A DNA stretch of 64,000 nucleotides from Candidatus Multivorans sp. GTDB taxonomy: Bacteria; Acidobacteriota; Thermoanaerobaculia; Multivoradales; Multivoraceae. Of this stretch, positions 44,521 through 54,364 are shown piece after piece (within the stretch, counting starts at the first letter, position 1; every line of letters starts with the position of its first letter). The notes beneath the pieces are model-generated. The model worked only from the letters and a program-made list of their open reading frames with translations. It was not told the DNA's origin and made no database searches. The stretch lies in NCBI GenBank assembly GCA_965222875.1, contig CBDCVC010000002.1, forward strand, positions 1,172,723 to 1,236,722, written 5' to 3'. A program made the position numbers and the translations under genes.

Positions 44521-47100
44521 ATGAAAGCCGCACGCAGAGCCTCGATCCTGGCCCTGGCGACCGGTCTCTTCTTCGCCTTCACCACGCCGGCAGCCGCACA
44601 GGAGGAGAAGAAGGAGACTCGCAAGGAGAGGCGAGAGCGCCGGGCCGCCCTCGAGGCGACCGAAGCGGCGCTGTCGCTGGAGTTCAAGAAGTTCCTCGAC
44701 GACGTCCACTACCTGATCGCCGGCGGGGAACGGGAGGCGTTCCTCAAGATTACCCAGGACTACCAGCGGCGCGCCTGGATCGAGCGCTTCTGGCGGGTGC
44801 GCGACCCCTACGCCGACACGCCGCGCAACGAGCTGCGGGCTCGCTGGGAGGAGCGGCTGCTCTACGTCGAGCGGGAGTTCGAGGGCCCGCGCTCGGACCG
44901 GGCGCGCATGTTCCTCCTGAACGGGGAGCCCTCGGGGCGGCTCAAGTTCCAGTGCACCATGGTCACTTGGCCGATCGAGATCTGGTTCTACCAGCGCAGC
45001 GACCGGGTCGGCCACGAGTTCTTCCTGCTCTTCTACCGGCGCGCCAACCAGCCCCACTACGAACTCTGGCACCCCTCGGACGGCATCGACCGTCTGCTGG
45101 ACTTCGGCGTCAGCGCGCAGGGCGCGGGCTTCGACATCCAGAGCTGCAAGGACGGCGACGTCGCCGCCTCCGCGATCAACTGGCTGTTGCGCTCGGGCGG
45201 CATGGAGTTCGCCATGCTGATGGGGCGCCTGATCGAGCCGCCGGAGGCGCCCTCGGCGGAGTGGACGCTCACCTTCGAGGCCTACACCACCGACGTGCCG
45301 GAAGACGCCGAGCCCTTGGACGCCACGGTCGAGGTCCGCTACCCGGCGCGCTACCAGGCGCGCACCGTGGTGGAGGCCGTGGTCGAGGTGGACCCGTCCT
45401 CGGCCCGCCGCGACACGGTGGGCGGGCAGTCGAGCTACAACTTCTTCCTCACCGGCGAGGTGCTGCGCGAAGACGCGCTGTTCGAGAACTTCCGCTACAA
45501 GTACGACCTGCCCCTGGGCGCCGCTGACAGCGCCGGCGACGCCGCCGAAAGAGACGGCACTGACGGCGCGCCGATCCTGCTCTCCTTCGAACGGCGGCTG
45601 CGACCGGGCAACTACCGGCTCGTGCTCAAGATCGAGGATCTGAACGGGACCCGATTCGCCCGCCTGGAGCAGCCGCTCGAGGTGCCGACGCTCGAGGCGC
45701 CCGCCGCCCGCCAGCTCGACCCGGCCGTGCAGAAGATCATCGACCAGGCGGAGGCGGTGCTCACCAGCGAAGTGCCCACGGTGCAGCTCCTCGAACCGCC
45801 GGGCGAACTCCAGACCGGCCTGGTGCGCTTCGACACCCTGGCCACCGGCGACATCGCCGAAGTGCGCTTCTGGCTCGACGGCAGCCAGGTCGCCCGCAAG
45901 CGCCGGGCCCCGTTCTCGGTCGAACTCGACCTGGGATCGGTGCCCCGGGTCCACGTCCTGCGCGCCACCGCCCACGATGTGGACGGCGCCGAGATCGCCT
46001 CGGACGAGATCTCCATGAACTCCGGCCGCAACCGCTTCGCGCTCCGCTTCGCCGAACCGCGCGAGGGCGTCAAGTACGAGGGCGAAGTCCAGGTCGAGGT
46101 CGATCTCGCGGTCCCGGACGGGCGCCTGGTCGAGCGCCTGGAGCTCTTCCTCAACGACGAGCCGATCGCCACCCTCTACCAGGAACCCTTCAGCCACCGG
46201 GTCGACCTGCCGCCCGGCGACGAGATCACCTACCTTCGCGCCGCCGCCTTTCTCGTCGACGGCAACTCCACCGACGCCGTCGTATACGTCAACGCGCCGG
46301 ACTACCTGGAGATCCTCGACATCCAGTACGTCGAGCTCTACGCCACGGCGCTCCACAGGTCGGGCCGGCCGTACGAGGACCTCCAGGCCGAGCAGGTGAC
46401 GATCCTCGAAGACGGCGCGCCGCAGGAGATCCTGCGCTTCCAGCGCGTCACCGATCTGCCGGTCCACCTCCAGGTGATGCTCGACGTCTCGGCCTCCATG
46501 GCGGAGCGTTTGAGCACGGCCCGCGAGGCCGCCCTCGGCCTGTTCCAGTCCGAAATCACCCCCCGCGATCGGGCGGCCCTCGTCACCTTCAACGACCATC
46601 CGTACCTCGCCTCCGACTTCACGAACGACCCGGTGAAGCTCGCCGGGTCCCTCGCGGGGCTCAAAGCCGAGCGCAGCACCGCGCTCTACGACGCGCTCGT
46701 CTTCGGCCTCTACTACCTGAACGGGATCAAGGGCCAGCGGGCACTGCTGCTGCTCTCCGACGGCAAGGACGAGAGCAGCCGCTTCAGCTTCGAACAGGCG
46801 CTCGAGTACGCGCAGCGGTCGGGGGTCGCGATCTACGCGATCGGGCTGGGCCGCCAGACGGGTCCGGCCAAGCGGGCGCTCTCGCGGCTCGCCGCCCAGA
46901 CCGGCGGCCAATCCTTCTTCATCCGCAGCGTCGGCGAACTCGCCGGCGTCTACGGGCAGATCCTGGGCGAGCTGCGCTCCCGGTACCTGATCACCTACCA
47001 GTCGACGAACACCAGCGGCGACCGCCGCTTCCGCGAAATCGAGGTCGACGCCCGGGCGCCGGGAGTGTCGATCCGGACGCTCAAGGGGTACTACCCGTGA
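44521..47100 (+). CDS. GWxTD-domain / Ig-like / VWA-domain protein
   Basis: Signal peptide; FWRVRDPY.DTP.NE...W; EIWFY; C-terminal VWA with MIDAS DVSASM and LLLSDGKD. Confidence 0.88.
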   Translation: MKAARRASILALATGLFFAFTTPAAAQEEKKETRKERRERRAALEATEAALSLEFKKFLDDVHYLIAGGEREAFLKITQDYQRRAWIERFWRVRDPYADTPRNELRARWEERLLYVEREFEGPRSDRARMFLLNGEPSGRLKFQCTMVTWPIEIWFYQRSDRVGHEFFLLFYRRANQPHYELWHPSDGIDRLLDFGVSAQGAGFDIQSCKDGDVAASAINWLLRSGGMEFAMLMGRLIEPPEAPSAEWTLTFEAYTTDVPEDAEPLDATVEVRYPARYQARTVVEAVVEVDPSSARRDTVGGQSSYNFFLTGEVLREDALFENFRYKYDLPLGAADSAGDAAERDGTDGAPILLSFERRLRPGNYRLVLKIEDLNGTRFARLEQPLEVPTLEAPAARQLDPAVQKIIDQAEAVLTSEVPTVQLLEPPGELQTGLVRFDTLATGDIAEVRFWLDGSQVARKRRAPFSVELDLGSVPRVHVLRATAHDVDGAEIASDEISMNSGRNRFALRFAEPREGVKYEGEVQVEVDLAVPDGRLVERLELFLNDEPIATLYQEPFSHRVDLPPGDEITYLRAAAFLVDGNSTDAVVYVNAPDYLEILDIQYVELYATALHRSGRPYEDLQAEQVTILEDGAPQEILRFQRVTDLPVHLQVMLDVSASMAERLSTAREAALGLFQSEITPRDRAALVTFNDHPYLASDFTNDPVKLAGSLAGLKAERSTALYDALVFGLYYLNGIKGQRALLLLSDGKDESSRFSFEQALEYAQRSGVAIYAIGLGRQTGPAKRALSRLAAQTGGQSFFIRSVGELAGVYGQILGELRSRYLITYQSTNTSGDRRFREIEVDARAPGVSIRTLKGYYP

Positions 47101-49679
47101 CTCGCGCGCGCCCCGCAGCGGCGTGCGCGCGTCTCACCCTCTGCCTCCTCGCCACCGCCGCCCTCGCCCAAACCACCGCCACCACCGGGCTCGACCGCCG
47201 TCACGCCGAATTCCTCGACGCGGTCGACCCCATCCTGACCGACACCGAGCGCCGCGTGTTCGGCGAGCTGCGGCACGACTACCAGCGCGACTCCTTCATC
47301 AAGCGCTTCTGGAGCGTTCGCGACCCCTATCCCGAGACGCCGCAGAACGAGTTCCGGGAGCATTTCGACCGCGCGCGAGAGACGGCCGAAGAGCGCTTCG
47401 GCGGCGCCCGGGGCGCACGTTTCGAGGCGCTGCTGCTGCACGGGGCGCCGCAGCGCACGTTACGCACCACCTGCTCTCTGCTCCGCACGCTCGAGATCTG
47501 GCACTACCCGCACAGCCCGGTCGTGCGCGGCGAGTTCTACCTCGTCTTCCTGCGCCAGGGCGGCGGTTACCGGCTGTGGACGGCGGCGGACGGGCTGTCC
47601 GGGATCGTCGCCTTCACCGGTCCCGTGACTGATCGCGCGTCGCAGGTCGCGAAAATCGGCCGCCAGTGCGCGCACGGCGGCGACGTGCTGGCCGCGCTGG
47701 GGCTCGCGCTCGACTGGGAGGCGATGGGCGGCGAACCCGAGCCCGGGAGGGCGAACGACGAATGGGCGCTCGCCTTCCTCGACCGCAGCACGGAGGCGCC
47801 CGCAGGCGCCGAGCAGCTACCGGCCGAGATCGCGATGCGGTACCCGGGCCGCCGGGGCAGCCGCACCGTGGTCCAGGCGATCGTCGGCATCGACCCGGCC
47901 CTGTTGCCTGCGGCCGAGAAGGGCCGCCGACGCTTCGTGCTCGACGGCGAGGTGCTGCGGCAAGGCGAGCTGTTCGAGAACTTCCGCTACCGCTTTGAGC
48001 CGCGGACGGGGCGCCGGGCCGGCGCCCCGGACGGCGGAGCGGTCCCCCTGGTCATGCAGCGCTACCTGCGCCCCGGCGCCTACCGGCTGGTGGTCAAGGT
48101 GCGCGATCTGGACGCCGACCGCTACTTCGCCGCCGATGCCGACATCGAGGTCCCGCTCGTGCCGCGGACACAGACGGAACAGGCCGGGGCCGGCGCCGGC
48201 GCCAACACCGCACCTGCCACCCTTGCCGCCTCCGCCTCCCGCACGGCGCCAGCAGCCGCCCCGGCCATCCCGCCCGACTGGCTCGCCGAAGCGACCGCGG
48301 CCGGCCCCCACGACCTCGAGTCGAACGACCACACCGTCCGCATCCTCCCCCTGCCTGAACAGCTCCTTGTCGGCCGGGTCCGGATCGGCGCCGACGCCGA
48401 GGGTGGGGGCATCCACCGCGTCGGCTTCTCCCTGGATGACCGCGAGCTGATCAGCAAGCGACGCCCGCCCTATCAGGTAGAGATCGACCTGGGGCCGGCG
48501 CCGCGCGTCCACACCCTGCGCGCGGACGCCTACGACCAGCAGGGCGGCGTGCTGGCGAGCGACGAGGTGCTCGTCAACTCGGGGCCCCACCGCTTCACCG
48601 TCCGCCTCACCTCGCCCCAGCGCGGCGCCGCCCACACCCGGAGCGTGCGCGCGGTCGCCGAGGTCGAAGCGCCGCGCCACGAGCGGCTGGACCGGGTCGA
48701 GTTCTTCCTCAACGACACCCGCACCGCGACCCTCTACCAGCCGCCCTTCGAGCAACCCATACGGATCGATCCCGGCGAGCCCCTCTCCTACGTCCGCGCG
48801 GTGGCCCACCTGCGAAGCGGCGCCTGGGCCGAGGACCTCGTCTTCGTCAACTCGCGCAACCTGGTCGAGAAGGTCGATGTCGCCCTGATCGAGCTCTACA
48901 CCTCGGTCACCGACCGCTCCGGCGCGCCCGTGCGCGGACTCATCGAGAGCGACTTCCAGGTCCTCGTCGACGGCGAGCCGCAGTCCCTGCAGCGCTTCGA
49001 CCGCGCCGCCAACCTGCCGGTCCACGCGGGCGTCCTCTTCGACACCTCGACCTCCATGGTCGACCGCATCGAAGCCGCCGAAGAGGCGGCGCTCCACTTC
49101 TTCGAACTCGTCCTCGGGCCGCGGGACCGCGCCTGCCTGATCACCTTCAACGATCGGCCCGAACTCGCCGTCGGCTTCACCGGTTCGAAGGAGACCCTGG
49201 CCGGCGGCCTCGCCGACCTGACAACGGAGGGGGAGACCGCCCTCTACGACAGCGTGCTCTACGCGCTCTACTACTTCGGCGGCCTGCGCGGGAAGCGGGC
49301 GCTGATCCTGCTCACCGACGGCGGCGACTCCAGCAGCGAGCACCGTTTCGAGGACGTGCTCGACTTCGCCCGCCGCACCCAGGTGGCGATCTACAGCATC
49401 GGCATCGACATCGACCAGCGCGAACTCCTGGCCCGGGGCCGCCTGCGGCAGCTCTGCGATGAGACCGGCGGCCGCTGCTTCTTCATCACCTCCACGGCCG
49501 AGCTGAAGCGCGTCTACGAGCGGATCGAGACCGAAGTCCGCTCCCAGTACCTGCTCGTGCTCGAATCGCCCGAGGGCGAACCCGACACCTTCCGCAAGGT
49601 CGACGTGAAACTCACCAACCCCCGGCCCCAGGGCCGCCGCGGCCTGAAGGTCCAGACGATCCCCGGCTACTTCCAGTGA
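47097..49679 (+). CDS. GWxTD-domain / Ig-like / VWA-domain protein (paralog)
   Basis: FWSVRDPYPETPQNEF, EIWHY, DTSTSM, LLTDGGD; GTGA overlap with the upstream paralog. Confidence 0.88.
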   Translation: MTRARPAAACARLTLCLLATAALAQTTATTGLDRRHAEFLDAVDPILTDTERRVFGELRHDYQRDSFIKRFWSVRDPYPETPQNEFREHFDRARETAEERFGGARGARFEALLLHGAPQRTLRTTCSLLRTLEIWHYPHSPVVRGEFYLVFLRQGGGYRLWTAADGLSGIVAFTGPVTDRASQVAKIGRQCAHGGDVLAALGLALDWEAMGGEPEPGRANDEWALAFLDRSTEAPAGAEQLPAEIAMRYPGRRGSRTVVQAIVGIDPALLPAAEKGRRRFVLDGEVLRQGELFENFRYRFEPRTGRRAGAPDGGAVPLVMQRYLRPGAYRLVVKVRDLDADRYFAADADIEVPLVPRTQTEQAGAGAGANTAPATLAASASRTAPAAAPAIPPDWLAEATAAGPHDLESNDHTVRILPLPEQLLVGRVRIGADAEGGGIHRVGFSLDDRELISKRRPPYQVEIDLGPAPRVHTLRADAYDQQGGVLASDEVLVNSGPHRFTVRLTSPQRGAAHTRSVRAVAEVEAPRHERLDRVEFFLNDTRTATLYQPPFEQPIRIDPGEPLSYVRAVAHLRSGAWAEDLVFVNSRNLVEKVDVALIELYTSVTDRSGAPVRGLIESDFQVLVDGEPQSLQRFDRAANLPVHAGVLFDTSTSMVDRIEAAEEAALHFFELVLGPRDRACLITFNDRPELAVGFTGSKETLAGGLADLTTEGETALYDSVLYALYYFGGLRGKRALILLTDGGDSSSEHRFEDVLDFARRTQVAIYSIGIDIDQRELLARGRLRQLCDETGGRCFFITSTAELKRVYERIETEVRSQYLLVLESPEGEPDTFRKVDVKLTNPRPQGRRGLKVQTIPGYFQ

Positions 49680-50278
49680 GGACGACGTCCACCACCCCCG
49701 GCCCCCTCGTCCTGGCCTCCGCCTCCCCGCGCCGCCGCGAGCTCCTGGAGTCCCTCGACCTGGACTTCACGGTCCGCCCAGCCACCGTCGACGAAACGCC
49801 CGGCCACGGCGAACGGCCCCGCGACCTGGTGCGGCGCCTCGCCCGCGAGAAGGCCGAGGCCGAGGCCCAGGACGGCGAGTGGGTTCTGGCCGCCGACACC
49901 ATCGTGGTCAGGGACGGCGAGGTGCTCGGCAAACCCAAGGGCCGCGACCAGGCCCGCAACATGCTGGAGCGTCTCCAGGGCCGCTGGCACCTGGTGCTCA
50001 CCGGCGTCGCCCTCAAGCCCCCCGCCGGCGACACCCTGCACGCCGTCGAAAGCACCCGCGTCCTGTTCTCCGAACTGACCCCCGAGCAGATCGACTGGTA
50101 CGCCGCCACCGGCGAGCCCGACGACAAGGCCGGCGCCTACGCCGTCCAGGGCCTGGGCGCCCTCTTCGTCTCCGAGATCGACGGCAACTACACCAACGTC
50201 GTCGGCCTGCCGCTGCCGACGGTGCGGCAGTTGTTCGAAGGGGCGGGGAGCGACGTGAGGGCGTTCCGGCGGGGGTGA
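49676..50278 (+). CDS. maf: Maf family nucleoside triphosphate pyrophosphatase
   Basis: LVLASASPRRRELL, LAADTIV, GKP, DKAGAYAVQG, NVVGLP. Confidence 0.96.
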   Translation: MRTTSTTPGPLVLASASPRRRELLESLDLDFTVRPATVDETPGHGERPRDLVRRLAREKAEAEAQDGEWVLAADTIVVRDGEVLGKPKGRDQARNMLERLQGRWHLVLTGVALKPPAGDTLHAVESTRVLFSELTPEQIDWYAATGEPDDKAGAYAVQGLGALFVSEIDGNYTNVVGLPLPTVRQLFEGAGSDVRAFRRG

Positions 50279-50283
50279 GCCTG

Positions 50284-50470
50284 GCCTGGAAGGCCCCCGC
50301 ACCCAGGAGTACAGCGTCGGCGCGGTGGGATGCCCTGCTGCAGTTCCGGGGCCCGCGGCGGCGGGGTGCCGGTTGCAGTACAGAACTGCCTCGACACGAC
50401 GGCCGTTCTCTGGGTGCGCGGGCCTTCTGGCCCGCATCAAGCGCGACGCCGCGAAGCGGCGAGCACGAGC
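50284..50470. repeat. Inverted pair of REP-like repeats (one degenerate) between convergent genes
   Basis: Reverse box A at 50410-50435 with ttgcag 31 nt away (50373-78); degenerate forward copy ggaaggcccccgcacccagg at about 50288-50307. Confidence 0.8.
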
Positions 50471-50481
50471 CTCTCGCTCGA

Positions 50482-51744
50482 CTAAGCCCCGAACTTCGCC
50501 AACTTCCCGGCGTTCGCGAGCAACAGCCCCATCAACTCGCTCGCCGGGATCGTGCCCACGGCGCCGCGGATCGCCTCGACCTCGCTGAACCGCGTGCAGT
50601 CGTCGACGAAGCACCGCTCCGACCACACAAGAAGCGGCACGGGATGCCAACTGTGGGCCTTCATCGGCGCCGGGGTCGAGTGGTCGCCGGTGATGGCGAG
50701 CACGTCCGGACCCAGGTCGAGCAGGCGCGGCAGCAGCGCGTCCACCGACTCGATCACACCTACCTTCGCAGCGAGGTCGCCGTCCTCGCCGGCCATGTCG
50801 GCGCCCTTGACGTGGAGGAAGAAGAAGTCGAAGTCACACCAAAGCTCCTCGAGCCGGTCGAGCACCTGCTCGAAGGGCTTGCCGCAATCGATGACCTCCA
50901 TGCCGCAGACCTTCGCCACGCCCCGGTAGAGGGGATAGCCCGCCAGGGCGGCCGCGCGCAGACGGTAGAGCTCGCCCACGCCGGGCAACGCCGGCAGCTT
51001 GGAGAAGCCCCGGAGCAGGAACGTGTTCGCGCGCTCTTCAGCCCGCAGCTCCCCCTGAAGCGTCTCGACGCCAGGCGCGATGCGGCGGGCGGTTTCCCGG
51101 GCCGCCTCGCCGGAGTCGCCCGAGCCCGCGGCCGCCTCGAGCGGCAGCGGCGGCACGCCGAGCTGCTGCGGGTCCGTGTCCAACAGCCCCGGATCGAGCG
51201 GCGGCGTCCCAGGGGCGGCCCGGAACAGGAGCACGAAGCGATACCCCTCGCCCGGGTGCACCTCGACCCGGACGCCGTCGCCGAGCACCCCGCCGGCGGC
51301 CTCGATCCGGCGCGCGAGGAGCGCACAGATCCGCTCGCCCTCCGCGGTCGGGATGCGCCCGGCGCGCCGGTCCAGGAGCAGGCCGCCCTCGTCGACGGTG
51401 GCGAAGTTGCCGCGCGCCGTGACCACCTCGGGCGGGAAGTCCAGGCCGAGGCCGAGCGCCTCCAGCACGCCGCGGCCGATGTCCGCTTCCGGCGAGGTCG
51501 GCTCGTACCCGAACAGGGCCAGATGGCCCGGCCCGCTGCCCGGCGTGATGCCCGTTCCGGCCGGCGCCAGGCGGCCCAGCGCCGACCGCGCCGCCAGCCG
51601 GTCGAGGTTCGGAGTGCGGGCCTCGTCCAGGGCCGTCCGCGGCTGGGCGGCGGTTCGCAGATCCCCGACGCCGTCGAGCACCAGCAGGACGATCCGGCGA
51701 TCGTTCCGCTGCGCCAGGCGCGTCAAGATTTCTTGCCGCGTCAC
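50482..51744 (-). CDS. apgM: 2,3-bisphosphoglycerate-independent phosphoglycerate mutase (archaeal-type)
   Basis: LLVLDGVGD, TPGSGPGHLALFGY, IGRGVLEALG, FFFLHVKGADMAGEDGD, TGDHSTP..MKAHSWHPVP. Confidence 0.94.
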   Translation of the reverse strand: MTRQEILTRLAQRNDRRIVLLVLDGVGDLRTAAQPRTALDEARTPNLDRLAARSALGRLAPAGTGITPGSGPGHLALFGYEPTSPEADIGRGVLEALGLGLDFPPEVVTARGNFATVDEGGLLLDRRAGRIPTAEGERICALLARRIEAAGGVLGDGVRVEVHPGEGYRFVLLFRAAPGTPPLDPGLLDTDPQQLGVPPLPLEAAAGSGDSGEAARETARRIAPGVETLQGELRAEERANTFLLRGFSKLPALPGVGELYRLRAAALAGYPLYRGVAKVCGMEVIDCGKPFEQVLDRLEELWCDFDFFFLHVKGADMAGEDGDLAAKVGVIESVDALLPRLLDLGPDVLAITGDHSTPAPMKAHSWHPVPLLVWSERCFVDDCTRFSEVEAIRGAVGTIPASELMGLLLANAGKLAKFGA

Positions 51745-51755
51745 GGCAGGTCCGT

Positions 51756-52172
51756 TCAGGCCACGAAATAGGCCGAAGCGCGGATCTGCACCCGCGTCCG
51801 CGGCTGGAAGCCGCCGCCGTGAAGCCGCAACGCCGTGTCCCCGGACAGCACCGGCAGGACGATCCAGCCGTCGAACGTCTCGCCCCGCTGGTAGGGCGAC
51901 ACGACCGGTTCCAGCTCGGCCAGCCGCGTCCAGTGACCGTCCTCCACGAAGTTCGCCCGCAACTCGAGGTACGCCTTGTCCAGGTCGATGTTCTTGCCTT
52001 CGCGCGGGTGCCAGACCGAAACGACGAACCGCATCTCGTCGTAGCGGAGCGTGTCCACGCGCTCGCCCAGCTCGTGCGTCAACGGGTAGACGAAGGCCCC
52101 CTTGCTGTCGGTCGCGAAGATCTCCGGCGTGGCTGTGAAGGCCACATGGAGCGGCTGTACGTTCGGGCTCAT
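51756..52172 (-). CDS. Hypothetical protein
   Basis: Strong GC3 coding bias between the macro-domain gene and apgM; the start may lie upstream (up to 52250). Confidence 0.65.
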   Translation of the reverse strand: MSPNVQPLHVAFTATPEIFATDSKGAFVYPLTHELGERVDTLRYDEMRFVVSVWHPREGKNIDLDKAYLELRANFVEDGHWTRLAELEPVVSPYQRGETFDGWIVLPVLSGDTALRLHGGGFQPRTRVQIRASAYFVA

Positions 52173-52254
52173 TCGGGGGTCGCCGCCGAAGCGATGGAGG
52201 CTATCAGCCTGGATGCACCACCGGGTGCGCCGGCCGGAAGGCCGGCGCACTACC

Positions 52255-52782
52255 TCAGCGGAAGCCGCGGCGGAGTTCGTTGCGGAACGTCTGGTAGTTC
52301 TGGTCGCCGTGCAGGCAGACGACGACGCGCTCCAGCTTCGTGCCGCCTTGCAGGTAGCGGTGAACCTCCGTCAGCAGGATGCGGGCGCAGCGGTCGACCG
52401 GGTACCCGAACACGCCGGTGGAGATCGCGGGGATGGCGATCGTGCGCTGGCCGTTGCGGTCGGCCAGGGCGAGCGACGCCCGCACCGCGGCGGCCAGCTT
52501 GCGGTCCTCGTCGCCCTCGCCCATGCGGGGACCGACGGCATGGATCACCTGCTTCGCCTTCAGCGTGCCGGCGCCGGTCATCACCGCGGTGCCAACCGAC
52601 GTGCCGCCGATGCGGTTGCACTCGTCCTGGATCGAGGCGCCGCCCTTCTCGCGGACGGCGCCGGCGACGCCGCCGCCAAGCTGCAGTTCCTCGTTCGCCG
52701 GATTGACGATCGCATCGACTTGCAGTTCAGTGATGTCGCCCTCGATCAGCTCGAGCAGCGTATCGTTCATCCTGACGGCCAC
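52255..52782 (-). CDS. Macro-domain protein (ADP-ribose binding/hydrolase)
   Basis: GDITELQVDAIVNPAN..L..GGGVAGA, VIHAVGP, IAIPAISTGVFGYP. Confidence 0.94.
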   Translation of the reverse strand: MAVRMNDTLLELIEGDITELQVDAIVNPANEELQLGGGVAGAVREKGGASIQDECNRIGGTSVGTAVMTGAGTLKAKQVIHAVGPRMGEGDEDRKLAAAVRASLALADRNGQRTIAIPAISTGVFGYPVDRCARILLTEVHRYLQGGTKLERVVVCLHGDQNYQTFRNELRRGFR

Positions 52783-52974
52783 AACCTACTCCCAAAGCTG
52801 CCCGCCGAAGGCCGCACCGACCCCTTCCTTCAGCGGCCCGCGAGCGACGGTTTCTGGAACTGTCTGCCGTAACTGTCGAAGCGGGCCGATTCTAACGTAC
52901 CGATGAAGATCGCGTGTCATAGTGCAGTGCCGCACTGCACCCTGCCGGGCGACCTTCCCGCCCGGCGCAGCTTC

Positions 52975-54354
52975 CTAGAACAGATCGCTGTCGCCCTTCG
53001 TGTAGTAACCCCGGCGCAGCAGCGACACGGCGTCGCCGCGGACGAAGGGCGCCAGCCCGGTCACCAGCCCCTGCGGTTCGGGGCGCCGGACAAGGCCGAG
53101 AGCGTCCAGTTCCCTTGACAACCAGCGGGGCCGATCGCTGAACCAACCGACGATCGGAAGGCCGGGCGCCCGCATCTCGGCAACCAGCGCGCGCAGGGCC
53201 GGCCGCTCGGCCGGATCGACCAGGGCATCGCCCCATTCCACCCGATCGGGCAGACGCGTCGCCGCCACCCACGCCGCCAGACGTCCCCGCCGGTAGGCGG
53301 CGATCAACTCGGGGCCCTCGGCCGGGCAGTCGAGATAACGCCAGCGCAGGTACTCGGCGGAGCGCTCGACCAGCAATCCGTAGCGGTCGCTCACGCGCTC
53401 GAACAGGGCATCGAACGCGGCGTCGACTTCTGAACGCTCCGTGATCCGCCGCAGATCGTAGCGGCGGCAGAGCCGGGCGCTGCGGCCGAGCCGGGCCGCG
53501 GGCGGCAGCTCCCGGTAGGGCGCCTCCTCCACCTGCCGCACGTTCAGAAAGCGATTGGAGAACTTCAGGATGTTGCCGGTGTTGAAACCGTAGTTGAACG
53601 CGACCCGGCCCTTGCAGTTCACGAGATAGAAGTGCCTCGCCGCCCGCGCGAGCAGACTCGTCGGCCCGCGGCCGACGGCGCGGGCGCTGCGCCGCGTCAT
53701 CGTGTCGCCGACCTGGTGGCTGTCGGCGGGGCTCGTCGGCGGCAGGCCATGCCAGCGCACCGGGTACGCGCAGTACTGGCAGACCAGTTCGCCGCCGGGC
53801 GAGAACGCGAGCGAGATCCGGGGACCGCCCCGGGGGTTGTGGTGGTACTTCCAGGCCCAGTGCTTCAGGCAAAGGTCGCTCCGGAAGCTGTCCCGGAACA
53901 AGTCGAGAATCGCCTGCTCGTCCCCCGGCCGGTAGCTGCGGAAACGGTACCCGTCGCGGCGAGCGCGCACCACGCGGAACGGCGGCGCCGCTTCGTGCCC
54001 CGGAACCGGCGCCGGCAGACCGGCCCGCTCGGCGACCGGCCGGAACCCCGCCTCCAGCAGATCCACGATCAGCCGGTCGTAGCCGCTCGGCTCGGACTCG
54101 CAGGCGGCGGCGTCGTACGCCCACCCGATCGCCACCTCATCCGGCAGTTCCTCCGCGGCGCCGACCGCCTCCGAGGCGATCACCAGGCGAAGCCCCTCCG
54201 GCTGCACGGTCTCCCCACCGCCCCGGCGCAGCACCGCCGCGACCGCCTGGTCGAGACCGCCCTCCGGCGCCACCCCCGCACGGCGGCGTTCGAGGCAACG
54301 ATGCCAGGCTTCGGCCGCTGCAGCGGCCGTCTCCGCGCCGCGCTCCGCGTTCAC
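52975..54354 (-). CDS. GNAT-family acyltransferase with N-terminal extension
   Basis: FRSYRPGDEQAILDLF...W.WKY..NP, QVGDTMT...AR..GRG, YGFNT, ERSAEYLRWRY; typical of polysaccharide-locus GNATs. Confidence 0.75.
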   Translation of the reverse strand: MNAERGAETAAAAAEAWHRCLERRRAGVAPEGGLDQAVAAVLRRGGGETVQPEGLRLVIASEAVGAAEELPDEVAIGWAYDAAACESEPSGYDRLIVDLLEAGFRPVAERAGLPAPVPGHEAAPPFRVVRARRDGYRFRSYRPGDEQAILDLFRDSFRSDLCLKHWAWKYHHNPRGGPRISLAFSPGGELVCQYCAYPVRWHGLPPTSPADSHQVGDTMTRRSARAVGRGPTSLLARAARHFYLVNCKGRVAFNYGFNTGNILKFSNRFLNVRQVEEAPYRELPPAARLGRSARLCRRYDLRRITERSEVDAAFDALFERVSDRYGLLVERSAEYLRWRYLDCPAEGPELIAAYRRGRLAAWVAATRLPDRVEWGDALVDPAERPALRALVAEMRAPGLPIVGWFSDRPRWLSRELDALGLVRRPEPQGLVTGLAPFVRGDAVSLLRRGYYTKGDSDLF

Positions 54355-54364
54355 GCCCGCGATG

